From Macrostomum lignano (Eukaryota), in assembly GCA_002269645.1 (NCBI GenBank), contig NIVC01003038.1:1-64000 (forward strand): DNA of 64,000 nt, given 5' to 3'. Position 1 is the first letter of the stretch. Every line of letters starts with the position of its first letter. This document shows positions 23,778 through 36,408 of this stretch, piece by piece. The notes beneath the pieces were generated by a model. The model did no database searches. It was not told where the DNA came from and saw only the letters and a program-made list of their open reading frames with translations. A program made the translations under genes and the position numbers.

Positions 23778-24010
23778 AGGCAGACTGGCAGGCAGGCAGG
23801 CAGGCAGACAGACAAGCAGGCAGGCAGACAGGCAGGCAGGCAGGCAGGCAGACAGACAGGCAGGCAGGCAGACAGGCAGGCAGGCAGGCAGGCAGGCAGA
23901 CAGACAAGCAGGCAGGCAGACAGACAAGCAGGCAGGCAGACAGGCAGGCAGGCAGGCAGGCAGACAGACAGGCAGGCAGGCAGACAGACAGGCAGGCAGG
24001 CAGACAGGCA
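23263..24010. repeat. (GACA)n grading into (GGCA)n microsatellite
   Basis: Direct reading. Confidence 0.97.
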
Positions 24011-24674
24011 GAGAGCAAGTGCTTCAACTAAACTATAATAACACACAGTTTTGATTTGGATTCAGGCTACGGATAATAATGAAACGCTATCAAAAACAAC
24101 CCAAGTAAACGCACTTTTCTGGAGTGGAGAATGAGAGCAACTCAACAGCCATGCCACTCAGGCTTGCTTATATCCCCACTACTTAACTCTTCCTAGTAGC
24201 TTTGGATCCCAAACTGTTTAGTAGAGTAAATTCTGTTCTCTCAACTATAGGAGAGGATAGTGAAGCTAAAAAAATAACTGCAACAGAATTTGAGGCTTGC
24301 TTGCCTGAGATGGGGGTAGCATTGCAAGTCACGTGCCTGTAACACAACCTGCACAGGGGAATGAATGAACAGTATGAAGGGAGGAACGGGGAGAGATGCA
24401 ATTGCAAATTTTTAATTTATCTATCAGTTGGGCACCTGGAGAGTGACTTATCCGCTGCTATGATAAAAAAATTAATTGCTGTGTTGACAGCCCCCCTTCC
24501 TGATGCAGTGTCATTGTATCAAACTAAGCAATAGGGATAAAAAAGGATAAGAACTTTAAAAAAATATTTTACGTTATTATGTTACGATAATGAGTCAATC
24601 GCATTCTGTATTTCTCTGCGGCACGTATGCGGGTATGCACGTATTGCCTTAGTTAAAGCCAAGACATTTAGATT

Positions 24675-25187
24675 AGGGTCGTTTCACAAACCCTAATTTT
24701 CACAACGTCTAAAATAAGCAATGCAGCAGATTTCACAAGACCTAAATTTCACAAACCCTAAATATCACAACGTCGAAAATTAAATTTGCTTCTATTTTCA
24801 GAAGCTCTAAATTTCACAAGCTCTAAATTTCACAACGCCTAAAAACACTATGGAGATACAATCTTTCACAAGACCTAAATTTCACAACGCCTAAAAACAC
24901 TATGGAGATACAATCTTTCACAAGACCAAAATTTCACAACGCCTAAAAACACGTTTGAAAGACTGTATCTGATAGTGTTTTTAGGCGTTGTGAAATTTTG
25001 GTCTTGTGAAAGATTGTATCTCCATAGTGTTTTTCGACGTTGTGAAATTTAGAGCTTATGAAATACTGTGCACAACTTTTTGACGATGTGAAAATTAGGG
25101 TTTATGAAATTTAGAGCTTATGAAAGTTTGTGTCTTGCGACGTTGTGAAATTTAGGGCTTGTGAAAGCGACCCGTGAAAGCGACCCT
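24675..25187. mobile_element. Foldback/MITE element, almost wholly palindromic, 8-bp TSD
   Basis: Ends (A)GGGTCGTTTCAC / GTGAAAGCGACCC(C); direct flanks TTTAGATT (24667-24674, 25188-25195); a perfect 56-bp inverted repeat at about 24896-24951 / 24975-25030. Confidence 0.8.
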
Positions 25188-26336
25188 TTAGATTTTGGTA
25201 AAAGTGACTTCAATTAGGCAGCCCATAGAGAAATAAGCTTCTGCCGGCAAGGCAACATGTCTATGGTAAACTCAAGGACCACTAGAAGTTGCCGTTTTGC
25301 CTGAAAGCAAACTTGAATACAAATGAAGTTGTGATACTGTACATGTTTTTATTTGACTCCAACTGTTCATTTTTTCATTAATTACTTTGATTGTTGGAGT
25401 CCATGACGGGCTGGTGTGCCATGATTTCGGAAATATTGCCTTTATGATTCTGAGCTTCTGAGCTATATCTAGTTATATTATTCATCCATGGCTACAGAGG
25501 ACTAAATTGGATGTCCGCAAGGTTGAATAGGCTGCAAAATGCTCTAGTCAATTTATTCATAAACCTATAGCGCTCACAACATGAGCTATTGCTTGAATAA
25601 TTTTACGCTCACATATGCCTGTGTTAGGATCTAGAAAAAACTAATCAACTAAAAGTTTTTTACCATGCCAAATTTGGGATTAGTTGTCTTTAGGGCGTGG
25701 GGCTTGGGAGAGAGAGAGAATATTCTCATCCGTGCTTGTCCAGCGTTACCTCACCTGGCCGTATTGCAGGAGTTTGACGTCATTGAATTTTATAGGAAAA
25801 AAATTACAATGGCAAGTTAGATGCGCTGCTGCTGCATCGTCAAGTTTGGATGTTCATCTAGTGCTTATTTATATCTTTTATTTCGTTTAGCATGATTTTG
25901 GCAAAAAAAACCCCGACAACGGGGCTTAGGCGTTTATGCATCATAATTGTTATCAGTTTTACTGGAGAAAATATATATCGGATAACATGAGGGCAATGGT
26001 AAATACGACAGTTGAGTAAAGTTTGTGTCTCAAGTACCATGGATCAGGTAAGCCGATTTATCGGGAAATTATTAACTATTTTTAACAGTCCATAGTAGTG
26101 TTGTGCCACTTGCTCAAGATATCAAAGTAACAAATATTTAACTAAGAAAATTAAAAGACAGCAACTGTTTACCACTGTTAGTACACATATTTATAAATAA
26201 AAGGAAACTTGAGTGAACTTTGAGTCAGCTTCAGATAGAATAGTGTTCTTTTATCAATGTTCATCAGTCGGACATTGTTGGCGTCAGATGTATCGTCATC
26301 AGTAGCTTCATCATGACGCTGACGCTGCTCAGCAAT

Positions 26337-26566
26337 TCAGCCACGAGAATAATAGTCTCCAGTCGTGCTGTTTAGGCTGGTCGATGGATAGGCAAACCTG
26401 AGCAGGAGGCACTGCTGCTCATTGTGAATCACAGCCTGGCAATCAACATTGATCTCGCACTCGGCCAAGCAAAGAATGTCGTTTCTAGCAGTGACGGTCC
26501 AGTAAGTCGTATTGGCGGTGACTACTGTCTTAGCCGGTCTGTCGATCTTCGTGAACGTTTTGTTAT
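26337..26566 (-). CDS. Secreted WSC + PAN/Apple-like protein, exon 2
   Basis: Acceptor TTTGCAG; the phase-1 join reads YNKTFTKIDRPAKTVVTANTTYWTVTARNDILCLAECEINVDCQAVIHNEQQCLLLRFAYPSTSLNSTTGDYYSRG*. The C-x3-C-x5-C-x8-C spacing is PAN-like. Not in the supplied ORF track. Confidence 0.75.
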
Positions 26567-26905
26567 CTGCAAATTTGGCATTCTAGCATTTAGTGATTTA
26601 TTCAGCTGTCAACAGTAGGAATGCCAAGCCATTTTCCGCCCGTCGAACTACCAATTGGGGGGGGGGAATTCCCACCCCCCTGACATTTTTTGAATTTCGT
26701 GTACCTGCATGCGTTGCTCCGTTCCGGCGTCAGGAGGGAGGAGAATCTCCCCTCTTGCTAGCTCTACTGTTAATGAATTAGCATTTGATCTAGTTTGGCA
26801 TTGTCGGCACAGGTGCGCTCAATGCGTTCAAAATTTACTGCAAATCTTGGTTGCTAAGGGCAATATGAATAGCTACCAGCTCGTATTACTGAAACTACTG
26901 CTCAC

Positions 26906-27302
26906 AAGGATACTCGATAGCGTAGATGGAGTTCCTGTAGGGGCCTCCGCACTTCTGGGCCGAGTTGCCCGAGCACACACTGTTGCAGTCCGAGTCAGCG
27001 CTCGCTCCATTACGTCCGTAAGAGTTGTCGCAGAAACAATAAGTGCTTAGACCGACGCCAAAGTAGCGATAACCGCCGATTGAGCAGATGCCGCTACAGA
27101 GCTCGTGCGTCATATCGGTGTTGCTGACTACTCCAGAATCGGTAGTGCTGTAATCGCCAATGCTGGTTATTGTTGATAGGCCCCTTAAGTCTCTGCTAGC
27201 ACCTGCGTAGTCAATGTAACAGCCTACGTAGCTGAGTCGAACAATTCTGCCAGTCGCGCAGGCGAGTAGAGCGCTCAAGATCACGCTGCAGAATGGCGTC
27301 AT
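26906..27302 (-). CDS. Secreted WSC + PAN/Apple-like protein, exon 1 (signal peptide + WSC domain)
   Basis: MTPFCSVILSALLACATG signal peptide; WSC pattern YVGCY..MTHELCSGIC..YFGV..YCFCDN..CNSVCSGN..CGG..SIY; donor T|GTGAGC, phase 1. Confidence 0.88.
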
Positions 27303-27545
27303 TTTTGCCTTGGCCAAAGACGGAACTGAGTGCTGAAAGCTGCCGCTTTGCTGCTTTGCTTCAACCCGCGCTTATTTTATTTTGTTATGACAACTGAGGA
27401 ACTGCTGTAAACTACCCCGCATTTTTTGTCTCATTGGATGGCTATAGATTATCGGACGGTAGTTGATATTACGCGCCCGCGCAATGGAAATAGAGAAATT
27501 TCTATGGCTGTTTACTTTCTACTGACAAGTAGCAAAGGGAGAGCA

Positions 27546-28000
27546 TGAATGGCAGAGCTCATTGTGATTGCTGTGAGTCTTATCAATATTAGCAGACAGA
27601 CTATGCTAGCTGGTTACTATAAGAGACAGAGCAGCTCTGATTCAGGGCAAGGCCACATTCATTAGGAAACGGGGTAAGGGCCAACTCCCAAGGCTCAGAG
27701 AGTGTACATGCTTGATGAATAGAAAGTCAGGGCCGCTGTACACCCTGTGTGAGCGTGTGCCTGCGTACAGTATTGGCACGCTTGCATTTGCTCAGGAGTC
27801 AGCGGGATGGGCTGAACTGCCTCAGCGCTGGTTGCCCGACGATTTCGCTGAATTGGAGAAGACGACGACTCAGTTGCTAAGGACGCCAGTCTCGTTGCTA
27901 ACGAAGCAGCAACTGAAGTGGATTGTGAAAAATGGCTGTCAAGGAGCAGCAGCGGTTGCTAAGTGGCTGTCAAACAGGGTTGAACTGGGCGATGCTTGAT
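27546..28000 (+). mobile_element. Possible 5'-truncated, decayed non-LTR retrotransposon 3' end
   Basis: Coding-like 95-codon frame with a frameshifted Cys/His cluster, followed directly by a (GATT)n tract. Weak support. Confidence 0.3.
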
Positions 28001-28024
28001 CGACAGCTTTCTTGATTAATTATC

Positions 28025-28025
28025 A

Positions 28026-28061
<36 letters not shown>

Positions 28062-28062
28062 G

Positions 28063-28122
<60 letters not shown>

Positions 28123-28206
28123 TTGATTGATTGGTTGATTGTTTGTTTGTTTGTTAGTTTCATTGATTGATTGATTGATTGATTAATTGATTGTCTGATT
28201 GATTGG

Positions 28207-28267
<61 letters not shown>

Positions 28268-28332
28268 AAATTGATTGGTTGATTGATTGGTTGATTGTTT
28301 GTTTGTTAGTTTCATTGATTGATTGATTGATT
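28025..28332. repeat. (GATT)n microsatellite
   Basis: Direct reading. Confidence 0.96.
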
Positions 28333-28419
28333 GGCAGTAGAGACAGCTGATTAGTGAATGGTGTCCTTTTGTTTTATGCGCACGTATTTAAATGAATGAG
28401 CTGACTGGATTGCCAATTA

Positions 28420-29148
<729 letters not shown>

Positions 29149-29149
29149 T

Positions 29150-29915
29150 TGGTGCGTGTGAATCGGGTGCGAGTGAATCGGGTGAGAACGAATCAGGTGA
29201 GAGTGAATAGGCTGAGAGTGAATAGGCTGAGAGTGAATAGGCTGAGAGTGAATAGGCTGAGAGTGAATAGGCTGAGAGTGAATAGGCTGAGAGTGAATAG
29301 GCTGAGAGTGAATAGGCTGAGAGTGAATAGGCTGAGAGTGAATAGGCTGAGAGTGAATAGGCTGAGAGTGAATAGGCTGAGAGTGAATAGGCTGAGAGTG
29401 AATAGGCTGAGAGTGAATAGGCTGAGAGTGAATAGGCTGAGAGTGAATAGGCTGAGAGTGAATAGGCTGAGAGTGAATAGGCTGAGAGTGAATAGGCTGA
29501 GAGTGAATAGGCTGAGAGTGAATAGGCTGAGAGTGAATAGGCTGAGAGTGAATAGGCTGAGAGTGAATAGGCTGAGAGTGAATAGGCTGAGAGTGAATAG
29601 GCTGAGAGTGAATAGGCTGAGAGTGAATAGGCTGAGAGCGAATAGGCTGAGAGTGAATAGGCTGAGAGTGAATAGGCTGAGAGTGAATAGGCTGAGAGTG
29701 AATAGGCTGAGAGTGAATAGGCTGAGAGTGAATAGGCTGAGAGCGAATAGGCTGAGAGTGAATAGGCTGAGAGTGAATAGGCTGAGAGTGAATAGGCTGA
29801 GAGTGAATAGGCTGAGAGTGAATAGGCTGAGAGTGAATAGGCTGAGATTGAATCGGGTGAGAGTGAATCTGTGAGAGTGAATCGGGTGCGAGTGAATCGG
29901 GTGAGAGTGAATCGG
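29150..29915. repeat. 15-bp minisatellite (AATAGGCTGAGAGTG)
   Basis: About 43 near-perfect copies with degenerate edges, abutting the GACA tract. Confidence 0.97.
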
Positions 29916-30617
29916 AATAGAGTACAAATAAGTGTGAACTGTGTGGATGGTGGGTGTTTCTAATCATATAGTTATTAGTAAATATAAAGAGGTGCCTACT
30001 TCAAAGCAGCCAATCCGTTCCCAAAATACTCGTCAAAGTTTCTCGTCCCCAGGAGTAAACAAAAATATGAAGTGCACGCATTTGATTGATGCAGCATCAA
30101 AGAGGTCAAATAACTACAGAAGCCGGTGAGCAATCCAGCCAAAGAAGACCAATCAAAGAGCTCTCGGAGACTGAGAGAAATCAGTTTGTAGAGATGCAAT
30201 CGATGCTAGGAGCTCGAGTTGGAGCAACCAGCGGGAAAATCAATTCACTCACTTGTCCCGTACAAGCAGGGCTGCTGGTGAACTGCATGCTAAAGCAGAT
30301 GATAGGTGAAATTGCACTGTAATGGATCCCGCTAGGGTCTGTCTTTTTTGCTTTCATCCGCCAGCTACTAGAAGAGGCGCTTTCCCAATGCCGCTCTCAC
30401 GCCTCGCTGATCCCTTTGCCCTACCCCAGTTTCCTTTCCCCCCTTTTTTCGATTCTCCATCGACTCACCTTTATCTGCCGCCTCCTGCCCGTCCTCTCTG
30501 CTGCTCCTGCTCCGCCTCACTTCCTGCTTTGATTTGAGTTCGCAGCTTTCCTGCCTGCTTTCTGTGTCTAATTCTTGAATTCTAAAACTGCTACCCCATG
30601 ATGCTCTGCTCGAGTTC

Positions 30618-31340
30618 ATCTCAACTCCCTGCATCTCAACTCCCTGCATCTCAACTCCCTGCATCTCAACTCCCTGCATCTCAACTCCCTGCATCTCAAC
30701 TCCCTGCATCTCAACTCCCTGCATCTCAACTCCCTGCATCTCAACTCCCTGCATCTCAACTCCCTGCATCTCAACTCCCTGCATCTCAACTCCCTGCATC
30801 TCAACTCCCTGCATCTCAACTCCCTGCATCTCAACTCCCTGCATCTCAACTCCCTGCATCTCAACTCCCTGCATCTCAACTCCCTGCATCTCAACTCCCT
30901 GCATCTCAACTCCCTGCATCTCAACTCCCTGCATCTCAACTCCCTGCATCTCAACTCCCTGCATCTCAACTCCCTGCATCTCAACTCCCTGCATCTCAAC
31001 TCCCTGCATCTCAACTCCCTGCATCTCAACTCCCTGCATCTCAACTCCCTGCATCTCAACTCCCTGCATCTCAACTCCCTGCATCTCAACTCCCTGCATC
31101 TCAACTCCCTGCATCTCAACTCCCTGCATCTCAACTCCCTGCATCTCAACTCCCTGCATCTCAACTCCCTGCATCTCAACTCCCTGCATCTCAACTCCCT
31201 GCATCTCAACTCCCTGCATCTCAACTCCCTGCATCTCAACTCCCTGCATCTCAACTCCCTGCATCTCAACTCCCTGCATCTCAACTCCCTGCATCTCAAC
31301 TCCCTGCATCTCAACTCCCTGCATCTCAACTCCCTGCATC
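30618..31340. repeat. 15-bp minisatellite (TCAACTCCCTGCATC)
   Basis: About 48 copies; I saw no variant unit. Confidence 0.97.
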
Positions 31341-31734
31341 TATGATCCCTTCCCTTTCTACCCAGCCTATCAAACACCTCAAATCCCCCTCACTCTCTGC
31401 CACTCCAAAATATTCTCCCCAAAATTTTTCCAACTCTCGTGTGATTTCCGGAACGGAAATCCCATCTTTCTGCGTTAGCCGTCCCTGGGCCGTCCCTATT
31501 TTTCATTAATTTCCTTTTACCCACTCCCCTCAGCCCTTAGCCCTTGCTTGGCAATCAGGACTGCCTTTGACTCCCACAGCACATACTATTAGCGTTGCGC
31601 TCTGGCAGCGCCGGATTACATCATCAGCCATCAGCCTCTCCCCATCGGCCGAGGTGCCGCGAAATGCAATATTCACCAACCCCATGCATCTCTTCTCTTT
31701 CTTCCACTTCGCAGTTCTATAGCCAATGCCCGAT

Positions 31735-32020
31735 ACAGAAGGGCCAAAGGGGTCAGCTGACCTTCCCTGAGAAAACCATGGGGGTCATAAGCAGAACTAC
31801 CCAATGCCGGATACAGGAGGGTCAAAGGGGTCAGCTGACTTTCCCTGAGAAAACCATGGGGGTCATAAGCAGAACTACCCAATGCCGGATACAGGAGGGT
31901 CAAAGGGGTCAGCTGACTTTCCCTGAGAAAACCATGGGGGTCATAAGCAGAACTACCCAATGCCGGATACAGGAGGGTCAAAGGGGTCAGCTGACTTTCC
32001 CCTAAGAAAATCATGGGGAC
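31735..32020. repeat. 78-bp tandem repeat
   Basis: About 3.5 copies of GGGTCAAAGGGGTCAGCTGAC..CCAATGCCGGATACAGGA. Confidence 0.93.
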
Positions 32021-32667
32021 CAATGGGGGAATGAAGGACCAATCCTGAGCATTTATATTTAGTCAATACTCAGGGGAGAATATTCCCTTCACAGCTAGTA
32101 GGACTCAATGAGTCATTTTTAGGACCTCAGAGGCTGGGTAGGGGGTTGATGAAGCAGAAGTGATGGCAGGCTTGGGGGTGGGCAGAGCAGAGCTTGTTGC
32201 TCCCCAGGGACTCAAAATCTGGGTTGTCGATTTGGCGCCGCGGCTGTCCATCTTCTTTTACGAGCCCAGTAGCTGTCGGTGGTGCCTCAGTCAAGAGCTG
32301 CCATAGTTACTTGCAGTCTGAGAGCTCATTGGCTCAAAGGTTTAGGGGGACCCTCTCTGAGTCAACTCCCAGAGCTAACTAGGTAGAGCATTTCCTGACT
32401 AATCAGACATCTTATTGATTTTAGAAAACGAATTGTAGAAACATTACTGATAAAAAATCAAATCATTTTTGTGTGCAGGACACTAGTTTTATTAATCAGA
32501 CTGTCCGTCTAAGTTATCGATTTTACTGTGATATTTGATCAATGTTTTTCATAGGTTGAGTTGATTGACCAAAAACAGTGCAAGTTTAATATGCTGAGTT
32601 TCTGGGGGGGAGGTTGCCTGAAGAAATAGACAAGTCTGATGATGCTGGGAAGCTGCGGCATACCAGG

Positions 32668-32803
32668 GGGCGCCAAGGTTCGGGTTGTGGCGCCAGGTTC
32701 GGGTTGTGGCGCAAGGTTCGGGTTGTGGCGCCAAGGTTCGGGTTGTGGCGCCAAGGTTCGGGTTGTGGCGCCAAGGTTCGGGTTGTGGCGCCAAGGTTCG
32801 GGA
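32668..32803. repeat. 20-bp tandem repeat (CCAAGGTTCGGGTTGTGGCG)
   Basis: About 6-7 copies. Confidence 0.92.
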
Positions 32804-33013
32804 CGCCGGGTCGCCGGAGTTTAGGAGTTTAGGGGGGTTTGGGTCGTGGGGGATTGGAGGCGCCGGGGTTTGGGGCGCCGGAGATTGGGGCGCTGGGGTT
32901 CTCAATGCCACAGAGTTAAAAAAAAGCACAAATTAAAATTTCACAAACAACCCCGCTAATCAGACAGATAAAATCCGTTAAAAAGGCATAACAAGTGACG
33001 CAGCCCCGTCATC

Positions 33014-34183
33014 TCAGATGATCTCCGTCTGCTCCCAGTCGTCGGGTACAATCGGTTGGAGCTGCTCTCGCTGTCTCCGCGCCGGCGCCTGTCGAAGAAT
33101 CGACCGAGTCAGGAAGCGCCGGAATCCGGCGTCGGACAGGCAGAGGGCGCAGAAGTTGACGGTGGCGGCGCTGAGCGGCACCAGCGCGTACTCGGTGGCG
33201 TACTGAGCCACCGTGAGCCGGCCGATGCGGGCCCAGTGCGAGCGAAACGCCGGATCGGCTTCGTCGTACAGACCGTTGGCCAGGCGGACCTTCAGCCTGT
33301 CGGCGTGGGCGGTCATGAACAGGGTGTACACCACGGGAGCTGGCGCGGTCAGCACCAGGTAGGCGAAGGCGAGGCCCAACTGGCCGAAAGCCCGGCTCAG
33401 CTGACTGCCGGCCAATGACATCGAGTCGGTCGTGTCGGAATCGGCCTCCTGATGCTGCTGAGGATGGCGCAGCTGCTGCTGCTGGAGCTCCTCGGCCTGG
33501 CACTGGTGCAGGCTCTGGTAGGCGCCTTTCTTGAACAGCAGCCAGCAGGTGGCGAGGCTCAGCAGGCAGACCAGGCTGTAGGGCAGCAAACTTCTTACCA
33601 GGGCGTTGAGCAACGGCTTCACCTGAGTGACGTAGGCCAGGTTGGCAGCGAAGTTGTGCAGCCGTACGTAGTGCACGCACTGCCTGCCGACTGTTGACTT
33701 GGCGGGGGCCGCCGCCTCGTCACCGATGATGAGCATGCAGTTGAAGATGCAGGCAAAGCAGAACGCGCACAGGGCCATGATTGACAGCTTGCGTCTGGGC
33801 AGCTCTTTGTGTGCCTGCTGCCCCTGCGCCTGCTGCTGTGGGTCCGGGTGTCGGCGGAACAACGAGTACACGGCCAGGAAGCGCTCGACGCTAAGGATCA
33901 CTACGATGAAAGCTGACGACTCCACGGCTAGGTTGAGCAGGTAGGCTTGGAATTTGCACCACAGATCGGACCCGGGTCCCGGCTTCAAGTCCTGGTCGTG
34001 CTCCATGTAGCGATCGGTGAACAGCACCAGACAGGAGGTCGCCAGGATCAGACTGTCGAAGCACGCTAGCAGGCCGATGAGCAGGTTGCGGCCCACCTGG
34101 CGGGCCGGGCGGCTGCGTGCGAAATGAGCGATGATCAGGCCGTTGAGGGCCAGCCCAAGCACGACAACTGCCGGCAGCGCGAC
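33014..34183 (-). CDS. Rhodopsin-family (class A) GPCR, 7TM exon; peptide-receptor-like orphan
   Basis: Seven hydrophobic segments: TM1 VALPAVVVLGLALN, TM2 LLACFD (LAxxD), Cys at the top of TM3, ERF at the DRY position, TM7 VNFCALCLSDAGFR. ORF 33014-34216 is open throughout. Confidence 0.92.
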   Translation of the reverse strand, partial: VALPAVVVLGLALNGLIIAHFARSRPARQVGRNLLIGLLACFDSLILATSCLVLFTDRYMEHDQDLKPGPGSDLWCKFQAYLLNLAVESSAFIVVILSVERFLAVYSLFRRHPDPQQQAQGQQAHKELPRRKLSIMALCAFCFACIFNCMLIIGDEAAAPAKSTVGRQCVHYVRLHNFAANLAYVTQVKPLLNALVRSLLPYSLVCLLSLATCWLLFKKGAYQSLHQCQAEELQQQQLRHPQQHQEADSDTTDSMSLAGSQLSRAFGQLGLAFAYLVLTAPAPVVYTLFMTAHADRLKVRLANGLYDEADPAFRSHWARIGRLTVAQYATEYALVPLSAATVNFCALCLSDAGFRRFLTRSILRQAPARRQREQLQPIVPDDWEQTEII

Positions 34184-34213
34184 CTTCGGGTTCGGGCAGG
34201 TGGGGATTGGCGA

Positions 34214-36352
34214 CATGGTCTATCCGTCATTTCATGGTCTATCCGTCTCATCTCATGGTCTATCCGTCTCATCTCATGGTCTATCCGTCTCATCTCATGG
34301 TCTATCCGTCATCTCATGGTCTATCCGTCTCATCTCATGGTCTATCCGTCTCATCTCATGGTCTATCCGTCATCTCATGGTCCATCCGTCTCATCTCATG
34401 GTCTATCCGTCTCATCTCATGGTCTATCCGTCTCATCTCATGGTCTATCCGTCTCATCTCATGGTCTATCCGTCTCATCTCATGGTCTATCCGTCATCTC
34501 ATGGTCCATCCGTCATCTCATGGTCTATCCGTCATCTCATGGTCTATCCGTCATCTCATGGTCTATCCGTCTCATCTCATGGTCTATCCGTCTCATCTCA
34601 TGGTCTATCCGTCTCATCTCATGGTCTATCCGTCTCATCTCATGGTCTATCCGTCATCTCATGGTCTATCCGTCTCATCTCATGGTCTATCCGTCTCATC
34701 TCATGGTCTATCCGTCTCATCTCATGGTCTATCCGTCTCATCTCATGGTCTATCCGTCATCTCATGGTCTATCCGTCTCATCTCATGGTCTATCCGTCAT
34801 CTCATGGTCTATCCGTCATCTCATGGTCTATCCGTCTCATCTCATGGTCTATCCGTCTCATCTCATGGTCTATCCGTCTCATCTCATGGTCTATCCGTCA
34901 TCTCATGGTCTATCTCATGGTCCATCCGTCATATCATGGTCTATCCGTCTCATCTCATGGTCTATCCGTCATCTCATGGTCTATCCGTCATCTCATGGTC
35001 TATCCGTCATCTCATGGTCTATCCGTCATCTCATGGTCTATCCGTCATCTCATGGTCTATCTCATGGTCCATCCGTCATCTCATGGTCTATCCGTCATCT
35101 CATGGTCTATCCGTCATCTCATGGTCTATCCGTCATCTCATGGTCTATCCGTCATCTCATGGTCTATCTGTCATCTCATGGTCTATCCGTCATCTCATGG
35201 TCTATCTGTCATCTCATGGTCTATCTGTCATCTCATGGTCTATCTGTCATCTCATGGTCTATCTGTCATCTCATGGTCTATCCGTCATCTCATGGTCTAT
35301 TCGTCATCTCATGGTCTATCTGTCATCTCATGGTCTATCTGTCATCTCATGGTCTATCCGTCATCTCATAGTCTATTCGTCATCTCATGGTCTATCTGTC
35401 ATCTCATGGTCTATTCGTCATCTCATGGTCTATCTGTCATCTCATGGTCTATCTGTCATCTCATGGTCTATCTGTCATCTCATGGTCTATCCGTCATCTC
35501 ATGGTCTATCCGTCATCTCATGGTCTTTCCGTCATCTCATGGTCTATCCGTCTCATCTCATGGTCTATCCGTCATCTCATGGTCTATCTGTCATCTCATG
35601 GTCTATCTGTCATCTCATGGTCTATCCGTCATCTCATGGTCTATTCGTCATCTCATGGTCTATCTGTCATCTCATGGTCTATTCGTCATCTCATGGTCTA
35701 TCCGTCATCTCATAGTCTATTCGTCATCTCATGGTCTATCTGTCATCTCATGGTCTATTCGTCATCTCATGGTCTATCTGTCATCTCATGGTCTATCTGT
35801 CATCTCATGGTCTATCTGTCATCTCATGGTCTATCCGTCATCTCATGGTCTATCCGTCATCTCATGGTCTTTCCGTCATCTCATGGTCTATCCGTCTCAT
35901 CTCATGGTCTATCCGTCATCTCATGGTCTATCCGTCATCTCATGGTCTATCCGTCATCTCATGGTCTATCCGTCATCTCATGGTCTATCCGTCATCTCAT
36001 GGTCTATCCGTCTCATCTCATGGTCTATCCGTCTCATCTCATGGTCTATCCGTCATCTCATGGTCTATCCGTCATCTCATGGTCTATCCGTCTCATCTCA
36101 TGGTCTATCCGTCATATCATGGTCTATCCGTCATCTCATGGTCATCCGTCATCTTGTGGTCTATCCGTCATCTCATGGTCTATCCGTCATCTCATGGTCT
36201 ATCCGTCATCTCATGGTCATCCGTCATCTTGTGGTCTATCCGTCATCTTGTGGTCTATCCGTCATCTCATGGTCTATCCGTCATCTCATGGTCTATCCGT
36301 CATCTCATGGTCTATCCGTCATCTCATGGTCTATCCGTCATCTCATGGTCTA
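34214..36352. repeat. 19/21-bp minisatellite (GTCTATCCGT[CT]CATCTCATG), in the putative GPCR intron 2
   Basis: About 2.1 kb; explains ORFs 34124-36471. Confidence 0.97.
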
Positions 36353-36408
36353 TCAGCCGTCTTATAGTCAGGGTTATAAATGAGCGCACCTACAGGAGAT
36401 TGGCAAAC

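Noticed and set aside
26895-26905. WSC gene ending at CEQ*
   Set aside because: A GTGAGC donor and a phase-compatible, cysteine-patterned downstream exon explain the sequence better.
34184-34216. MSPIPTCPNPK as the true GPCR N-terminus
   Set aside because: Disfavoured, not excluded: the ATG comes from the last satellite unit, and the C-rich stretch resembles intron 3' ends elsewhere in this window.
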